Positions 34,131 through 48,900 of a stretch of 64,000 nucleotides of DNA are shown here, one piece after another (positions within the stretch are counted from its first letter, which is position 1; the number at the start of each line of letters is the position of its first letter). Below the pieces are notes generated by a model. It had not been told where the DNA came from and made no database searches. It worked only from the letters and a program-made list of their open reading frames with translations. Made by a program: the position numbers and the translations under genes. The DNA is from Neocallimastix sp. 'constans' (lineage: Eukaryota), in NCBI GenBank assembly GCA_050613775.1, contig JBODTK010000125.1, positions 62,001 to 126,000 on the forward strand. The letters are read 5' to 3'.

Positions 34131-34751
34131 TTAATTTCCTAATTAATTTTTATAAATTGAGTAGAACACATCCATATTAAAAAAAACTAAATACCATAAA
34201 AAAAAAAGGAATTGTCCATAAAAATTATATATATATATATTTTTTAAATTATTCTATTCGAGTCATTATTAATAAATGATTGAAAGATAGCCCGTACATG
34301 ACCAATTATAATTATGAAAATAAACAACAAATAAAAAAATATTAATAAATAATAATAATAATAATAATTATAAAAAAAAGTCAATCAGTTATATTTGATC
34401 ATTTTTTTTACTCATGATGTGATTTTAACTTTAAAAAGGATACTCAGCTTAATTGATATTATGGATTATATCATTATATCTAATTAATAAAATTAAATTT
34501 ATGAATAATAATAATTAATATTTTTTTATTATAATTATTACTAATTAATAATTACATAACTAAGTTTTTTTTTTTTTTTTTTTTTTTATTAATAATATAT
34601 ATATAATGTATATTCTTTTTATATGATATTTATATATAATATGTAGAGACAATTAATAATTATGTTATTGAATTAATTATATATATTTTTAATAAATAAA
34701 TATATTAATCGTTATAAAATATTTATGATAATAACAAAAAATAAGTAATTC

Positions 34752-34803
<52 letters not shown>

Positions 34804-35862
34804 TAAAAATAATAATAATAAAAAGTAATTTTTAATTTAAACATTCTATATAAAATGATAGTTATTACATTTTGATATATTTTCTTATTTTATGTTAAAG
34901 TAAAAATAAATCTTTGTAAAAATAATATTAAAATATTTATAATTACGATATTTTATCATTGATATACTAGTTAATATTATTAACATTAAAATCAATATAT
35001 TTATGTTATTTATTCATTTATTTTCATTTATTTTCTTATAGTGTAAAAATGTAAAATAAACATATAAAACTGTTTATTTTAAATTGTTTTATTTTCTTAT
35101 TTAATATCCGATTGTAATATATTTTTTTTTATAAAATAAATAATAATAATATTATATTATATAATTATTAATATTATTATATTATATTATTTTTATTTAT
35201 TTATTAATTTATAATTATTTATTATTATTATTAAATATTATTATTTTCATTATTTATATTATTTAATTTTATTTAATTTTGTTAGTTATTAATTGTTTTT
35301 ATAATATTAAATATTATAATATATTAGGATATTATATAAAATTATTTGATTACTATATCTCTATTATTATATTACAAAATATGACTTATAATACGTTATA
35401 TCAAAAATTCAAAATAATTATGATTAGTACATATTAAGTACATATTATTTATGAATAAAAAAAAATATTAATAAATACTCTATACTTTATATTTTTTTTT
35501 TTTTTTTATATTTTATATTTTATATTTTATATTTTATATTTTATATTTTTTTATTTTATATTTTTTATTTTTTTTTTTTTTTTTTATTAAAAATTATATA
35601 ATAAATATCATTATTATCTAAATACGATTATATATATATATTTATTTATTTACATATATATTTATTTACATTTATTTTATTTACATTTATTTTATTATTT
35701 TTTTTTTTTAATATTTTATTTTTTATATTGATTTTAATTTATATTTTTCTTATATTATTAAAAGACTTGCATTTAAATTAATAAGATAGTATTTAAATTA
35801 ATAAAATAATATTTATATTAATAATATTTAGTAAATTTTTATAAATATAATATATGATTTAA

Positions 35863-37250
35863 TTAAACATCATTATTTTGTTGTTTAAGTTCTGAATATT
35901 TAACATTAGACATTCCTCTGACAGGTTTACCTATTGATTATATATATATATATTTTATTTTTTATTTTATTTTTTTTTTTTTTTAAAAAAAATAATAGGT
36001 TATAGATAATAATAATAATAATAATAATAAATATATATATATAAATTAATTATATTAAATTAATAAAAATTAATAATATTATAATAGTTTATTAAACAAT
36101 GTGTAAAATAAAATAAATAAATTATATAATGAATTATGTAAAAAAAAAAAAAAAAGTTTACTGTAAAGAAGAGTAGAACACAAAACCGCACAGCAACCAA
36201 TAATAAAGATAAAAGTAATATTAAAATCGAATATATAATAAGATATAACACAAGATATAATTATAGAAATTGAATTAGCAAAACCCTTTAAAATATTATC
36301 AGCATGCTTTACGACCAATGCTACAACTATACCCCCAAATGCTTGAAACATAACAGCTAATACTGTCCAACGAGTATAACCTCCAAAGAAACCTTTTTCT
36401 TTTATAATTTTTCCATCTAATAATAAACAACCAATGAGATATCCTGGAATAACAGAAAAGAAAGAAAGTTGAATATTTCTTATCCAGAGTGTTGCTTTTC
36501 CTTTTTTTAAAATTTTTTCAAAGTATACCCCTGCAATACCTGATGAACTGCATGCGACTATTACTGATAAAAATCCTAAAATTTTATCTACTGTTTCATT
36601 AACATTTAATATTGAAGTAGATCCACTACTACTATCGGTAGGTAACTGAACTAAAGCAATACCGCAAGCTAATAAGAAAATAGATATCCATTGATGTGTA
36701 TATAATTTACGATGTAAAATGAGAACAGAAAAAATTGCTGTCATAATAAGTTTCATTTGATAAGAAATTTGAAAAGTTGCTGCATCCAATTTTGAAACAG
36801 AATAATATATTAAATTATTCTGTATGAGATAAAGTACTGCAGGTATTGTAACTTTTAAACATTCTGATTCCTTACCAAAAAGTTCTTTAAAAAATTTTAA
36901 AAAATTATATGTTCCTTTCTTTTCTTCATGAGAACGTAAATAAATATGAATGAATGAAGAAGTTAATAATTTTAAAATTTCTGAACATACTACAGCAGTT
37001 GAAGATAAATATTTTTCAGGTTGTGCTTTTGAATATCTTATTACGAAAACAGATAAACTATTTTGAATAATTAAAATAATTAAACTAATATATTTCAAAT
37101 TCACTAATAAGGTAATATCAAAATTTATTGCAAATAAATGTAAATAAATAAATACATTAAAAAAATAAAAATAATAATAAATAGTTAAATAGATGGGTCG
37201 ATAGATAAAATAAGTTTTACTAAAATTTATTAAAATTAAATTTACTTACT
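35863..37250 (-). CDS. Nucleotide-sugar transporter, SLC35A family (UDP-galactose/UDP-GlcNAc transporter-like); exons 37250 (A of ATG), 37103-36162, 35930-35863; 336 aa
   Basis: SLC35A motifs: LKYISL...QN, YLSSTAVVCSEILK, IPAVLYLIQNNL, LDAATFQISYQMKLIMTAIFS, SGIAGVYFEKILK, LWIRNIQL, QAFGGIVVALVVKHADNILKGFANSISII. The final exon SKPVRGMSNVKYSELKQQNNDV* joins in phase. Confidence 0.93.
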
Positions 37251-37390
37251 ATCTAATCTCTTAAATATTTTCTCTTATATGGTATAATTATTTTTTAACT
37301 TATTTTTTAAAGGAGAAAAATTTTTTAAAGGAAAATAATAGTATATTAATTGACTATATATATATATATATATTTTATTGCTTTTATTTT

Positions 37391-37431
<41 letters not shown>

Positions 37432-37591
37432 TTGAAAATAATATTGTTTATTTATTTAACAGTTAGATTTTGTTTTAAAAAAATAAAATAAAAACTAAAA
37501 AAATCATATCTTCACATATAACAATAAATTATTTAAAGGAATTTTTATTTTATTTTATATTTTTTTTATAATTTAAAATTAGAAAGATAAA

Positions 37592-37623
<32 letters not shown>

Positions 37624-38707
37624 CTATATAATTTAATTTAATATAATAAATTTCAAAGAAAATACTTTCATACATATAAACCATAAATTATATAGTGATA
37701 ATATAAAATATTTATTTACAATCCAAATTTTGACAATTTTTATTTACATTTTATAGTTCATACTTTTTATATATTTTCATATACTAAAATAATATAAAAT
37801 TTATTTTTATTTTATTTTTGTATATACAACAAGAATAACTGTTAATTATACATAAAAATATTTATTTAAAAGGAATTCTTTATAAAAAATTCCAAATAAT
37901 AAATAAATAATTATTATTATGATTATTGTAATATAATATTAATAATATAATAATAAATTATTATATTATTAATAAATAACTGATTATTATTTATTATTTA
38001 TTGACCGAGATATTTACATATGTTAACATTATTATTTATAAATAATTATAGATAATAATAAATTATAATAAATATGATTATTAATAATAAAATAATTTAG
38101 ATTATTTGTTTTTATTTTTATATTTTATTCATTTATTTATTATTATTATTATTATTATAATTTAAATATATAATAAACAATAAAAGATAAAAAAAAATAT
38201 TAGTAGTAATAAATTATAAATAATAATAAATAAAATCTAATAATTTCTAATATATAATTCCAATAATAAATAATTATAAATGATGATAAATTATTATAAA
38301 ATAATATAAATAAAACATTTTTTATATGATTTTTATTTTTTTTTTTTGTTATATTAATAGTGAAATAAGAATTGTTATTATTAAATAATAATAATTACAA
38401 AATATAAAAACAAATTAATAAAAAAAAAATAAAAAAAAATTTTATATAAAACATGATTAATATACATTTTGCATATATTTATGAAAAAGTTCGGATAATC
38501 TTTTTTTTTTTTTTTTTTATTTTTTTAATTTTTTTTTAAAAAAAATTTTTCATTCGAAAGTAAACATAAATTATTAGTTGATAAAGTTTATTTATGTAAA
38601 AGAGTTTAAATTAATAATTAAAAATTTAAAATAAAAATAATAAAAATAAAAAATAAAACTAAAAAATAAAAAATACAAATTAAAAATTGAAAGTTAAAAA
38701 TTAAAGA

Positions 38708-40055
38708 ATAAAATAAAATAAAATAAAATAAAATAAAATAAAATAAAATAAAATAAAATAAAATAAAATAAAATAAAATAAAATAAAATAAAATAAAATA
38801 AAATAAAATAAAATAAAATAAAATAAAATAAAATAAAATAAAATAAAATAAAATAAAATAAAATAAAATAAAATAAATAGTAGAATATGAATATATAGTA
38901 CAGATTGAATAAAATAAAATAAAATAAAATAAAATAAAATAAAATAAAATAAAATAAAATAAAATAAAATAAAATAAAATAAAATAAAATAAAATAAAAT
39001 AAAATAAAATAAAATAAAATAAAATAAATAGTAGAATATGAATATATAGTACAGATTGAATAAAATAAAATAAAATAAAATAAAATAAAATAAAATAAAA
39101 TAAAATAAAATAAAATAAAATAAAATAAAATAAAATAAAATAAAATAAAATAAAATAAAATAAAATAAATAGTAGAATATGAATATATAGTACAGATTGA
39201 ATAAAATAAAATAAAATAAAATAAAATAAAATAAAATAAAATAAAATAAAATAAAATAAAATAAAATAAAATAAATAGTAGAATATGAATATATAGTACA
39301 GATTGAATAAAATAAAATAAAATAAAATAAAATAAAATAAAATAAATAGTAGAATATGAATATATAGTACAGATTGAATAAAATAAAATAAAATAAAATA
39401 AAATAAAATAAAATAAAATAAAATAAAATAAAATAAAATAAAATAAAATAAAATAAAATAAAATAAAATAAATAGTAGAATATGAATATATAGTACAGAT
39501 TGAATAAAATAAAATAAAATAAAATAAAATAAAATAAAATAAAATAAAATAAAATAAAATAAAATAAATAGTAGAATATGAATATATAGTACAGATTGAA
39601 TAAAATAAAATAAAATAAAATAAAATAAAATAAAATAAAATAAAATAAAATAAAATAAAATAAATAGTAGAATATGAATATATAGTACAGATTGAATAAA
39701 ATAAAATAAAATAAAATAAAATAAAATAAAATAAAATAAAATAAAATAAAATAAAATAAAATAAAATAAAATAAAATAAAATAAATAGTAGAATATGAAT
39801 ATATAGTACAGATTGAATAAAATAAAATAAAATAAAATAAAATAAAATAAAATAAAATAAAATAAAATAAAATAAAATAAAATTGTTGAAACAGTTGAAA
39901 TATACATATAAAGTACAGATTAAATTAAATAAAATAGTTGAAATATACATATAAAGTACTGATTGAATAAAATAAAAGAGAATAAAATAAAATAAATTAA
40001 TAGTAAATTAAATAAAAATAGTTTGAAATATGGAGTATAAAGTACAAATTATATA
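38708..40055. repeat. Nested satellite: (AAAAT)n interrupted by 9 identical 30-bp units plus 3 degenerate copies
   Basis: TAGTAGAATATGAATATATAGTACAGATTG starts at 38878, 39029, 39170, 39276, 39347, 39473, 39569, 39665 and 39786. Degenerate versions occur near 39890, 39935 and 40019. Confidence 0.95.
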
Positions 40056-40236
40056 TAAATATATAAATAATAATTAATAAATAAATAGAATATATTAATA
40101 AAGAATTATTCAAAAAAAAAAAAAAAAGAAAAAAAAAAAAAATTTAAATAGAAAAAATAAATGATTTTAATTAAAATTTAATGGTTAATATTAATAATAA
40201 TATTTTTTTTTTTAATTAAAATATTTACCATTTTAA

Positions 40237-40283
<47 letters not shown>

Positions 40284-40640
40284 TAAAAACATTTATATAT
40301 ATAAATAACTAAAATAACTTTTATTTACTAATTACAAAAACATATACCCAAGTTTACGAACAAACACATACACAAGAAAAAAATAATAAAATATATAATT
40401 AATAAAACAATAATATATAAAAAAAAAAAAGTAATTACAAAAACAATAATTCAAAACAAAACAAAACGAAAATTAAATAATATATTTTTTTAATATTATT
40501 TATTATTTTTATTTTATTAATTAATGTTTTATTTACTATAAATTATATTATATTATATTAATTACTAAAGTAATGATATAAAGTAATAATAATGATTTTT
40601 TACATATATAATAAAAAAAAAATATATGGTGTCTTTTCTC

Positions 40641-40679
<39 letters not shown>

Positions 40680-41132
40680 TTTCATTATTTGTTATTTTCA
40701 AAGATAATTGTATTAAATACTATTATAATTATAACGATATATACATTTCATTATTATCTATTAATGAACTATTAATGAAATTTTTTTATAGGCCTTTAAA
40801 TGAATTTAATTGAATTGATTTTGGAATGGAGTTTATTATTATTATTATTATTAATTATGCTTTTATTTTATTTTATTTTATTTTTATTTTTTTTTTTATT
40901 TATATTGTTATTTTTTTTTTTTTTTACTATTTATTGTTGGTATTGTTAATTTTTTTTTCTTTTTTTTTTTTTTTATTATTATTATGATAATTATTGTCAT
41001 TTATGGTTTGTGAGCAATAAAAATAATGAAAACAGTAATGGAATATAATATTTAAAATCTTTATATTATTTATGAATCCAAGATAATAGTCTTATTTTTT
41101 ATTTTTATTTTTTTATTTTTTATTTTTTTTTT

Positions 41133-41169
<37 letters not shown>

Positions 41170-41207
41170 TTTTATTTATTTTTAAATTTATATTTAATTT
41201 ATCTTAT

Positions 41208-44200
41208 TTAATCAGTTGAAGTTCCTAATAAGTCAGCACTTGAAAGGGGAGGTTCCGCATTCATATCATTTAAATTCATATCCATATCTAAAGCTAAACC
41301 TGGATTATTTGTAAAACTACCACTAACTGGTGCTGGATTTGATGATTGATTACCATTATTATTATTACCATGTCTTGGATAGTATTTACGTAATTTTCTA
41401 AATTCTTCAATAGTTGGGAATTTCTTTAAAATTTCTTCTAATTCTGGTTTAATATTTAATTTTCTGGTATCCTTTCTGTAGTGTAATAAAGCCCAGAATT
41501 TTTCTAAACCATAAAGTTTATCCTTTTCTAAATAATCTTCTAAGGTAACTTCTTGGAAATCATCAAATATATCATTACGGAAATGAACTTCTAAACCATA
41601 GGAATAGAAACGGAATAAACATTCTAAACCATATCTATAACCAGCTTCAGCATCTTCTAATGCTAATTTCTTAAATTCATTATACATATTACGGTTGAAA
41701 CGTTCACGCAAGAAATGACTCCAAAATCTAAACATTGTATTCATTTCTTGAGAATGACCAATACCAGCTAATTGACGTTCCTTTACTGCCTTGGCATGGA
41801 ATTTAGTATATTTGTGTTGAATAAAACCATTTTCCTTTAAAATTTCGTAACTTGGATGTTGGAATGCTGGGAATTCTTTGAAACTAGCACCAAGACTATT
41901 TGAATAACTTTTATTGCCTAAACTATTATTATTACCATTATTATAACTACTTCCTAATATACCACTCCTACTAACGGAATTTCTTGGTATATCTAAACCA
42001 GTAGAAGTACCAGGACGGCTTAAATTATAAGCAATTGGAACTGAAGTAGATGGTGGAGGACCCGATATAGCATTATTATTACGAGAACTTCTAGCTGATT
42101 TTGAAGGAGCTTCATTAGTCATTAAATAACCAATTGGTGATGGAGTTGAACCAAGATATTCTGAATGAACAGCTGGTGATTCCGGTACAAATAAACGATT
42201 TTGCTTCTTCTTACCATTGATATTCTTTGGTGAGGATGAATATTTATTATTAAAGTAATCTTTCTTTGAATTAAATGAATGTTCCTTAGCATCATTACTA
42301 ACACTGCCACTCATGTTCTTTTTATCATTAAAACTAGAAGAGAAAGATGATTTTTTAAGATTTGAAGAAAGATTGGAACGTTGTTGTTGAATACTTGAGA
42401 AAGCTTTATTCTTAGAATCATCAATTTTGAAACTTGAATTAATACTTGATCCTGTTTTGAATTGATTATTACTAGTTTTTCTATTAAGATTATTTTCATA
42501 GAAAACTAAACCATCATTAATGACTTGATTAATGTCACTATTATTCATCTTATTACGGAAGCTACTACCATATTGCTTTCTGTTATAAGATGATGAAAAT
42601 GCAGAACTACCATTGCTTTGACCGCTAGATGGTCTTGGTCTTGGAAGTACTAACATTAAACCATTAATTTGATCATCATCAATTTCATATTCAGAATCAT
42701 CATCTTCTTGATCTTCATTCTCATTTACGCCAATATCATCATTTTCATCATCACTCCATTCAATAGCTGATTTTTTAATATCTTTTTCATTACTTTCATC
42801 ATTTAAATCTTCATCAAATTGGAAAAGATCATCATCATTATTCTGTTTTTCTTTTGCAGTATTACTTTTAGTGCTTTTTTTTTGTTTACGAGAAGTAATA
42901 GTAGTCCATTCATTATCATCTTTTTTAATTTTTATTTTTAATCAATATTAGTTATAATTAATTAATGAAAAATATATAATATATATAATTTTTTAATTTT
43001 TTTATTTTTATTTTATTTTTTTTTTTTTTAATTAAATTTTAAAAATAATATAAATATATATTAATTTAATAAAATAAAATTCCCTACCTTCACCAAGAAC
43101 ATCAATATTATCATCTTCTTTTTTATCTTTTAATATATTAATTAAAAATTGTATAATATAAATAAATAATTTTAAAATTATTATTATTTATTTTAATTAT
43201 TAATTATTAATTATTATAATTGTTAATTATTATTAATCATTATTATTATTTTTTTTTATTAATTATTAATTATTATAATTGTTAATTATTATTAATCATT
43301 ATTATTATTTTTTTTTATTAATTATTAATTATTATAATTGTTAATTATTATTAATTATTATTATTATTTTTTTTTTTATTAATTATTAATATTATTAATT
43401 ATTACTATTTATTATAAATTATTATTATTATTATTCTAAATTATATATATATATAATGATTTTATTAATAATTTTACCTTTTTCTTCTTGCTTCCATGAT
43501 AAATCTGGGTTTAACCAATTGCTCCAATCATACTTTTTACGAAGTTTAATATCACTACCACTGTTGTTAATTTCTACAATTTCACTATCAGTTAAAGAAT
43601 TTACGATTAAATTTGTAGCCCATGCATCATCATATTTAGTATCAGATTTAGACTTCTTGTCAACATTTTGAGCAACATCAATTAAACTTTTTGTACGCTT
43701 AAATTTTAGTAGCGTAGATAAACTAACATAACCTTCTTTATCCATTTGTTGACGCATGTAAGTATCCTTGCATAGATTATCAACACTAAAATAATATTCA
43801 ATTTGTTGCTTAAGATAAGTCTTCACAGCTTCCATATCAAGTTTTGAAGCGTCAAGACTAGCAATATCAACAAGACCTTCGACTTTATTGCCTGAATTAA
43901 ATGAAAATGGTGACTTACTATTGTTACGTTGATTGTTCTTATTATTGTTTTTACTAAAGGCATTTGCACCCTTACTTTTAAATCCACGATCGTATGAAGA
44001 TGAAAAAGGACTTTTGTTTGATCCAAAAGAGTTTTTAGTAAATGGATTATCACCGCCATTGTAAGAACTGGAGAATGGGTTATTTGGATTGTTCGAATTA
44101 CTTTTGTTGAAGAAGCTACTATTCTTATTACGTTGATAATTGTTATTACGCTTATTACCAAATATACTATTAACAGAAGAAGAAGTAGTTGTACCAGTAG

Positions 44201-44453
44201 CTACTGCATTAGTAGTAACAGCTGTGGCTTTCTTACTGCTATTGTTCTTTTTATTGAAGTCCTTACTACTATTTTTCTTAGGACCACCGTTACTTTTATC
44301 TTGGAATTTTCCTTTATTATTGCTATTGTTCTTCTTGTTGTTATTCTTGTTTTGATTATCTTTTTTTTTTAAAAAAAAAAAAAAAAAATATTAACTTTAA
44401 ATATTATATTTAAAATCATTTTAGATAATAATATTTAAATTACCTCCTTCCAT
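41208..44453 (-). CDS. LARP1: La-related protein 1 (La motif + C-terminal DM15 region); exons 44453-44444, 44359-43478, 43126-43088, 42919-41208; 880 aa
   Basis: La motif [42 protein letters not shown]15 region [12 protein letters not shown]...[20 protein letters not shown]...[12 protein letters not shown]...[17 protein letters not shown]...YGLEKFWA. All introns are phase-1 GT-AG. Confidence 0.95.
43195..43400. repeat. Intronic ~59 bp tandem repeat, about 3 copies
   Basis: TTAATTATTAATTATTATAATTGTTAATTATTATTAAT(C/T)ATTATTATTATTTTTT repeated within LARP1 intron 2. Confidence 0.8.
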
Positions 44454-45916
44454 TTTGTTTTATTATTAAAAAAAATTATACAAATTTATATTTTTTCTTG
44501 TTTGACTGTTTGATTTATATGTTAAATAAATTCAAAAGATTTGATACTCGATTTTAAAAGTATTTACTATAATAATTTATATAATAATAAATATATAAAA
44601 TTTATTAGTATTTTAATATTTTAAATATAAATTTACATAATTATAATTTTAATATTTTTTAATATATTAAATCTATTTTAGATTTGTAATCTATGTATTA
44701 AAATTTTATGCTATTATATATTATTATTTTTTTTTATTATTTTTTTATTTCATTTATTTTATTTATTTATTTATTCTATTTTAATATAATAATTTACTTA
44801 TTATTTTTTTTATAATTGACCACTTTAAATAAATACTTCAATTTATTTTATTTCTTGCTGTTTTCTTATTTAATGTATTTATTGTTTTACTATATTTATA
44901 AATTTATTTCAATTTATTTTAATTGCCTATTTCTTAAAAACTTATAAACTTAAAAGTAAAAGTCTATTAGTTTATTCTTTTCTAGTATGGACTATTCAAA
45001 TAAAAACAAACAAATTTCTTTATAATTATTATTTCTTTTTATTTTTTAGTTTTTGTTTTATATATAAATAAATTTATTATTGAAATATAATAAATAATAA
45101 ATAATAATATTTTTTTTATTTAAATGATTTTTGTATTTATTTTAAATAAGTTACATATACATTAAATTTATAATTTATAAAATAATTATATATAATCAAA
45201 TTTAAAATAATAAAAAAAAGATAAAATAAAAAAAATTAAGAAAACAGATTTTTAATAATATTACAAAAAATTCTGTTATTTATATCGCTTTTAATAATTT
45301 TTAATATATCAAAAATTTTTCATAATTAATATAAGAATTTTATAATATAAAATAATATATGTAATATATATATAAATTACATATAAATTATAAAGGAATT
45401 ATAAAATCATATATATAAATTATAAAACTATATATATTATAATATATATTAAATTGGTTCTATTAAAATATTGATTAATTAATATACATATTATATTTAT
45501 CCATGTTATTTATGCCATAATATAATTTTTTATGATTTGAAAATATTATTTAATTTTTATTAAATTAACATATTTAATTATTGTATACGTAATACGTAAA
45601 CTTTAAATAACCATTTTTTTTTAAAATTATTTTAAAAACTAATTCATGATAATATCATTATAATTAAAGAGCAATTTTTTATTTATACAAAGAATTAGAA
45701 TATTATTAAGAGAAATTTTTAGGAAAATTCAATTAAATATTTTTTATATTTTATTTACCTTTATATTATATTAAGATATGAATTATTATATATGAATCTT
45801 AATTTATTGTAATATTTAATAATAATGAAATTAGATTATATTACAAATTGCTTATCAATAAATATATATATTTAATGTTATTATATATATTATTTTTTTG
45901 TATTTTTATTTTTTAT

Positions 45917-45949
<33 letters not shown>

Positions 45950-48900
45950 AAAATTGAATATTTAATTAGTTAAATAATTTATTTATTATATTAATTTTTT
46001 ACAAACTTTTTAATTTATATTTTATTTTATAATATTTTAAAAATATTGATAAAACATTATTCGAAATTAACAATATAAATTGGTAATATATAAATATTTA
46101 AAATTGTTGTATAACGCTACTGAATAAGAATAAAATAGTTATATTGGGTGTATCTTTATTTTATTATAATTATAATTATTTTTATAATATTATCTGTATT
46201 TTTTTTTTATTTTTATTTTTATTAGATATGTTATTGTTAATTTTTTTTTTTTTTAAAAAAAAGAGATAAAAAATTATTTTATTTAATATATTATTTAACT
46301 AGTTCTACTATATATTTCGCATAAAATATTTTAATAAATATATTATATTATTTCAATTAATATAATATTAATATTAGTTAAAAAAAATTCTTAAAAGCAG
46401 TAAAGAAAAAAAAAAGGGAAAATAAAATATTAAGGAAATTATACCTGCTTTTATATTTACGAACATTAATTTATCAACAGGAATTTTTAAAGATTAATTA
46501 ATTATTTATAATTTATTTATTCATCTATTTATTTATAATTCTCTTTTATTAATTATTATTTTGTTAATTATAAATTACTGGCTAATAATTATTTATCAAT
46601 TATTAGGTAATAATAATTTTTATATATTTATTTTTTTTTTTTTAAAAAAAACATTTCTAAATAAATTAATATACATAATATATGACATATTAATATATAA
46701 ACATATCCTGGTCCAATTAATATATAAATAAAATAAAATTGAATAGAAAATTTTAATATAGACAAGAAAAACTTAATTTTAATGCTAAAGATGTTAATTT
46801 TTTATATATATTATTAAATTTATTACATATTTTATTTTTATTTCAACCTTTACTTAGTAATATTAATAGTACATTACTCATTATTTTCTTTAATTCTTTT
46901 TTACTCTCATTATGATTTGCTTTAAAAATTATTAAAAAAATATATAAATAAAATAAATAAAAATAAATCATTTTATATAAAAAAAAAAGCAATCTTTTTA
47001 CCGCATTGTTACATTTATTAAATTATTGAATTATATCTATTTAATTTAATTTTTTTTTTTTTTTTATTTTTCTATATTTTCTATTTTTTTTTCTAAATTT
47101 TATAATAAAAATAATTAATAAATAAATTAATATATCAATATAATAATAATATATATATAATATTTATGAAAATTAATAGTATCTAAAAATTAATTATATT
47201 ATATTATATCTTTATTCATTTATTAAAATTTATATATTTATTTATTTATAATTTATCCATTTATTTAATTATCTATTATTTATCTATTTATTATTTATTT
47301 AATATTTGTTGTTTATTATTTATTATTAAACTATTATCAATTAACGTTTTATAATTATATTAATAATTTATTATTTATTATATATAAAAATAATAATTAT
47401 AAATTATCCATTTATTTACAATTTTATATAAAAAAAAAGTATAATCTGATCATTTGTTGTTTTATTAAAATATTTATTGATTTACATTTAATGTTTTTAT
47501 TAATTAATATATTATTTATTTTATTTTATTATATATTAACTAATTAGATATAAATTTACCAATTTAATTTTTTAACTTTATTTTCATAATCGAAATTATT
47601 TTATATTAACTTAATATTATATTAATTAAAAATAAGAGATAATAAAAATCATAATTAGAAAAATTAATTATTTTAATATATATTATATATTTATGTAATA
47701 TTTGTTCAATATATTATATATTCATGTAATACTTTTATAATACATATTATATTAAATTATATCAATAATTTAAAAATCATATTATTCTTAGATTTACAGA
47801 AAAACAAATAAAAAAAAAAAAAAAAATAAAATTGTATTCAGGATAAAAAGGAAAATAAATTGTATTTTTATTAATTGTAGAATCTAAAAGAAATATAATA
47901 TTTTTTATTATTTGTTATTAATTAAACCATTCCTATATTAAATTATTAATTAATAAATCAATCACTTAGAATCATTTTTTAATTAGTTTATGAATATAAT
48001 TATTTTATGAAAATAATACTTTTTAATTCAATTATCATTAAAGTGAATAACATGTAAAATAATTTTTAAGTTGTAAACAAAAGTTAAACAAGTTATAATT
48101 TTATCATATAATCAAAAGAATAGAAGTTGTAATATAAATATTTATATGTTTTCATTTGTATGTTATATTACTAAATACGAAGATAGTTCTACTGATAATA
48201 TTATTATGATCATCCCTTATTCATGAGAATATCTTTAAAATTATACATTTTCATGTGATTAATTAAAATAATTAGAATACATATAAATATACATATAAAT
48301 ATATATAATTTATAGATAAAAAAAATTAATTATGAATATATAATTAAATTTATAATAAAAAAAATTATAATTAAAGTAATTAAATATATATATAATTAAA
48401 TTATAAATAAAGCATCATTATAATATTATTTTTAGAGCTTATAATCTTATAATATATTTGAAGCCATGTTTATTATTGTTTTTGTTTATATATAAATATC
48501 ATTCTTTTTATTAGATCTTATTTAAATAATACACTTATTTATATATAGAAATTTTTTTTTCTTTAAATATTTTTCTTTTTTGTTGTAAATTAATTAAATT
48601 CAATACTATTATAATGATATATATTTATTAATTTTAAAAATATTAATAATTATATATTATTATTTCTTTATATAACACTATTATAAAAATATCTAAAAAA
48701 AAGGTCAAACTTCAATCTTTTATTATTTTTTACTGTATTATTTATAATTTTATTTATATAATAATACTTAACCATCAAATTATTAATATGTAAATAAATA
48801 AATATAAATAAATAAATTTATATATAAATATAAATAAATATAAATAAATAAATATATTTATATATAAATATAAATAAAAGTATATATATTTACTTAGTTT

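Noticed and set aside
34434..34443. GTATCCTTTT on the minus strand (U12-like donor); also ATATCCTT near 11008 and 17920
   Set aside because: Not at the boundary of any supported exon. The motif alone is expected by chance at this composition, unlike the ELP4 case where splicing restores a conserved protein motif.
34270..34480. C/D-box snoRNA candidates (ATGA...CTGA motifs)
   Set aside because: The boxes are imperfect and I could not identify an rRNA-complementary guide.
38878..39815. CRISPR array
   Set aside because: Spacers are only AAAAT microsatellite with no unique sequence, there are no cas genes, and the context is eukaryotic.
38618..39950. 429-aa and 418-aa FILFY-repeat ORFs
   Set aside because: They are translations of the (ATTTT)n satellite strand, which lacks stop codons; not genes.
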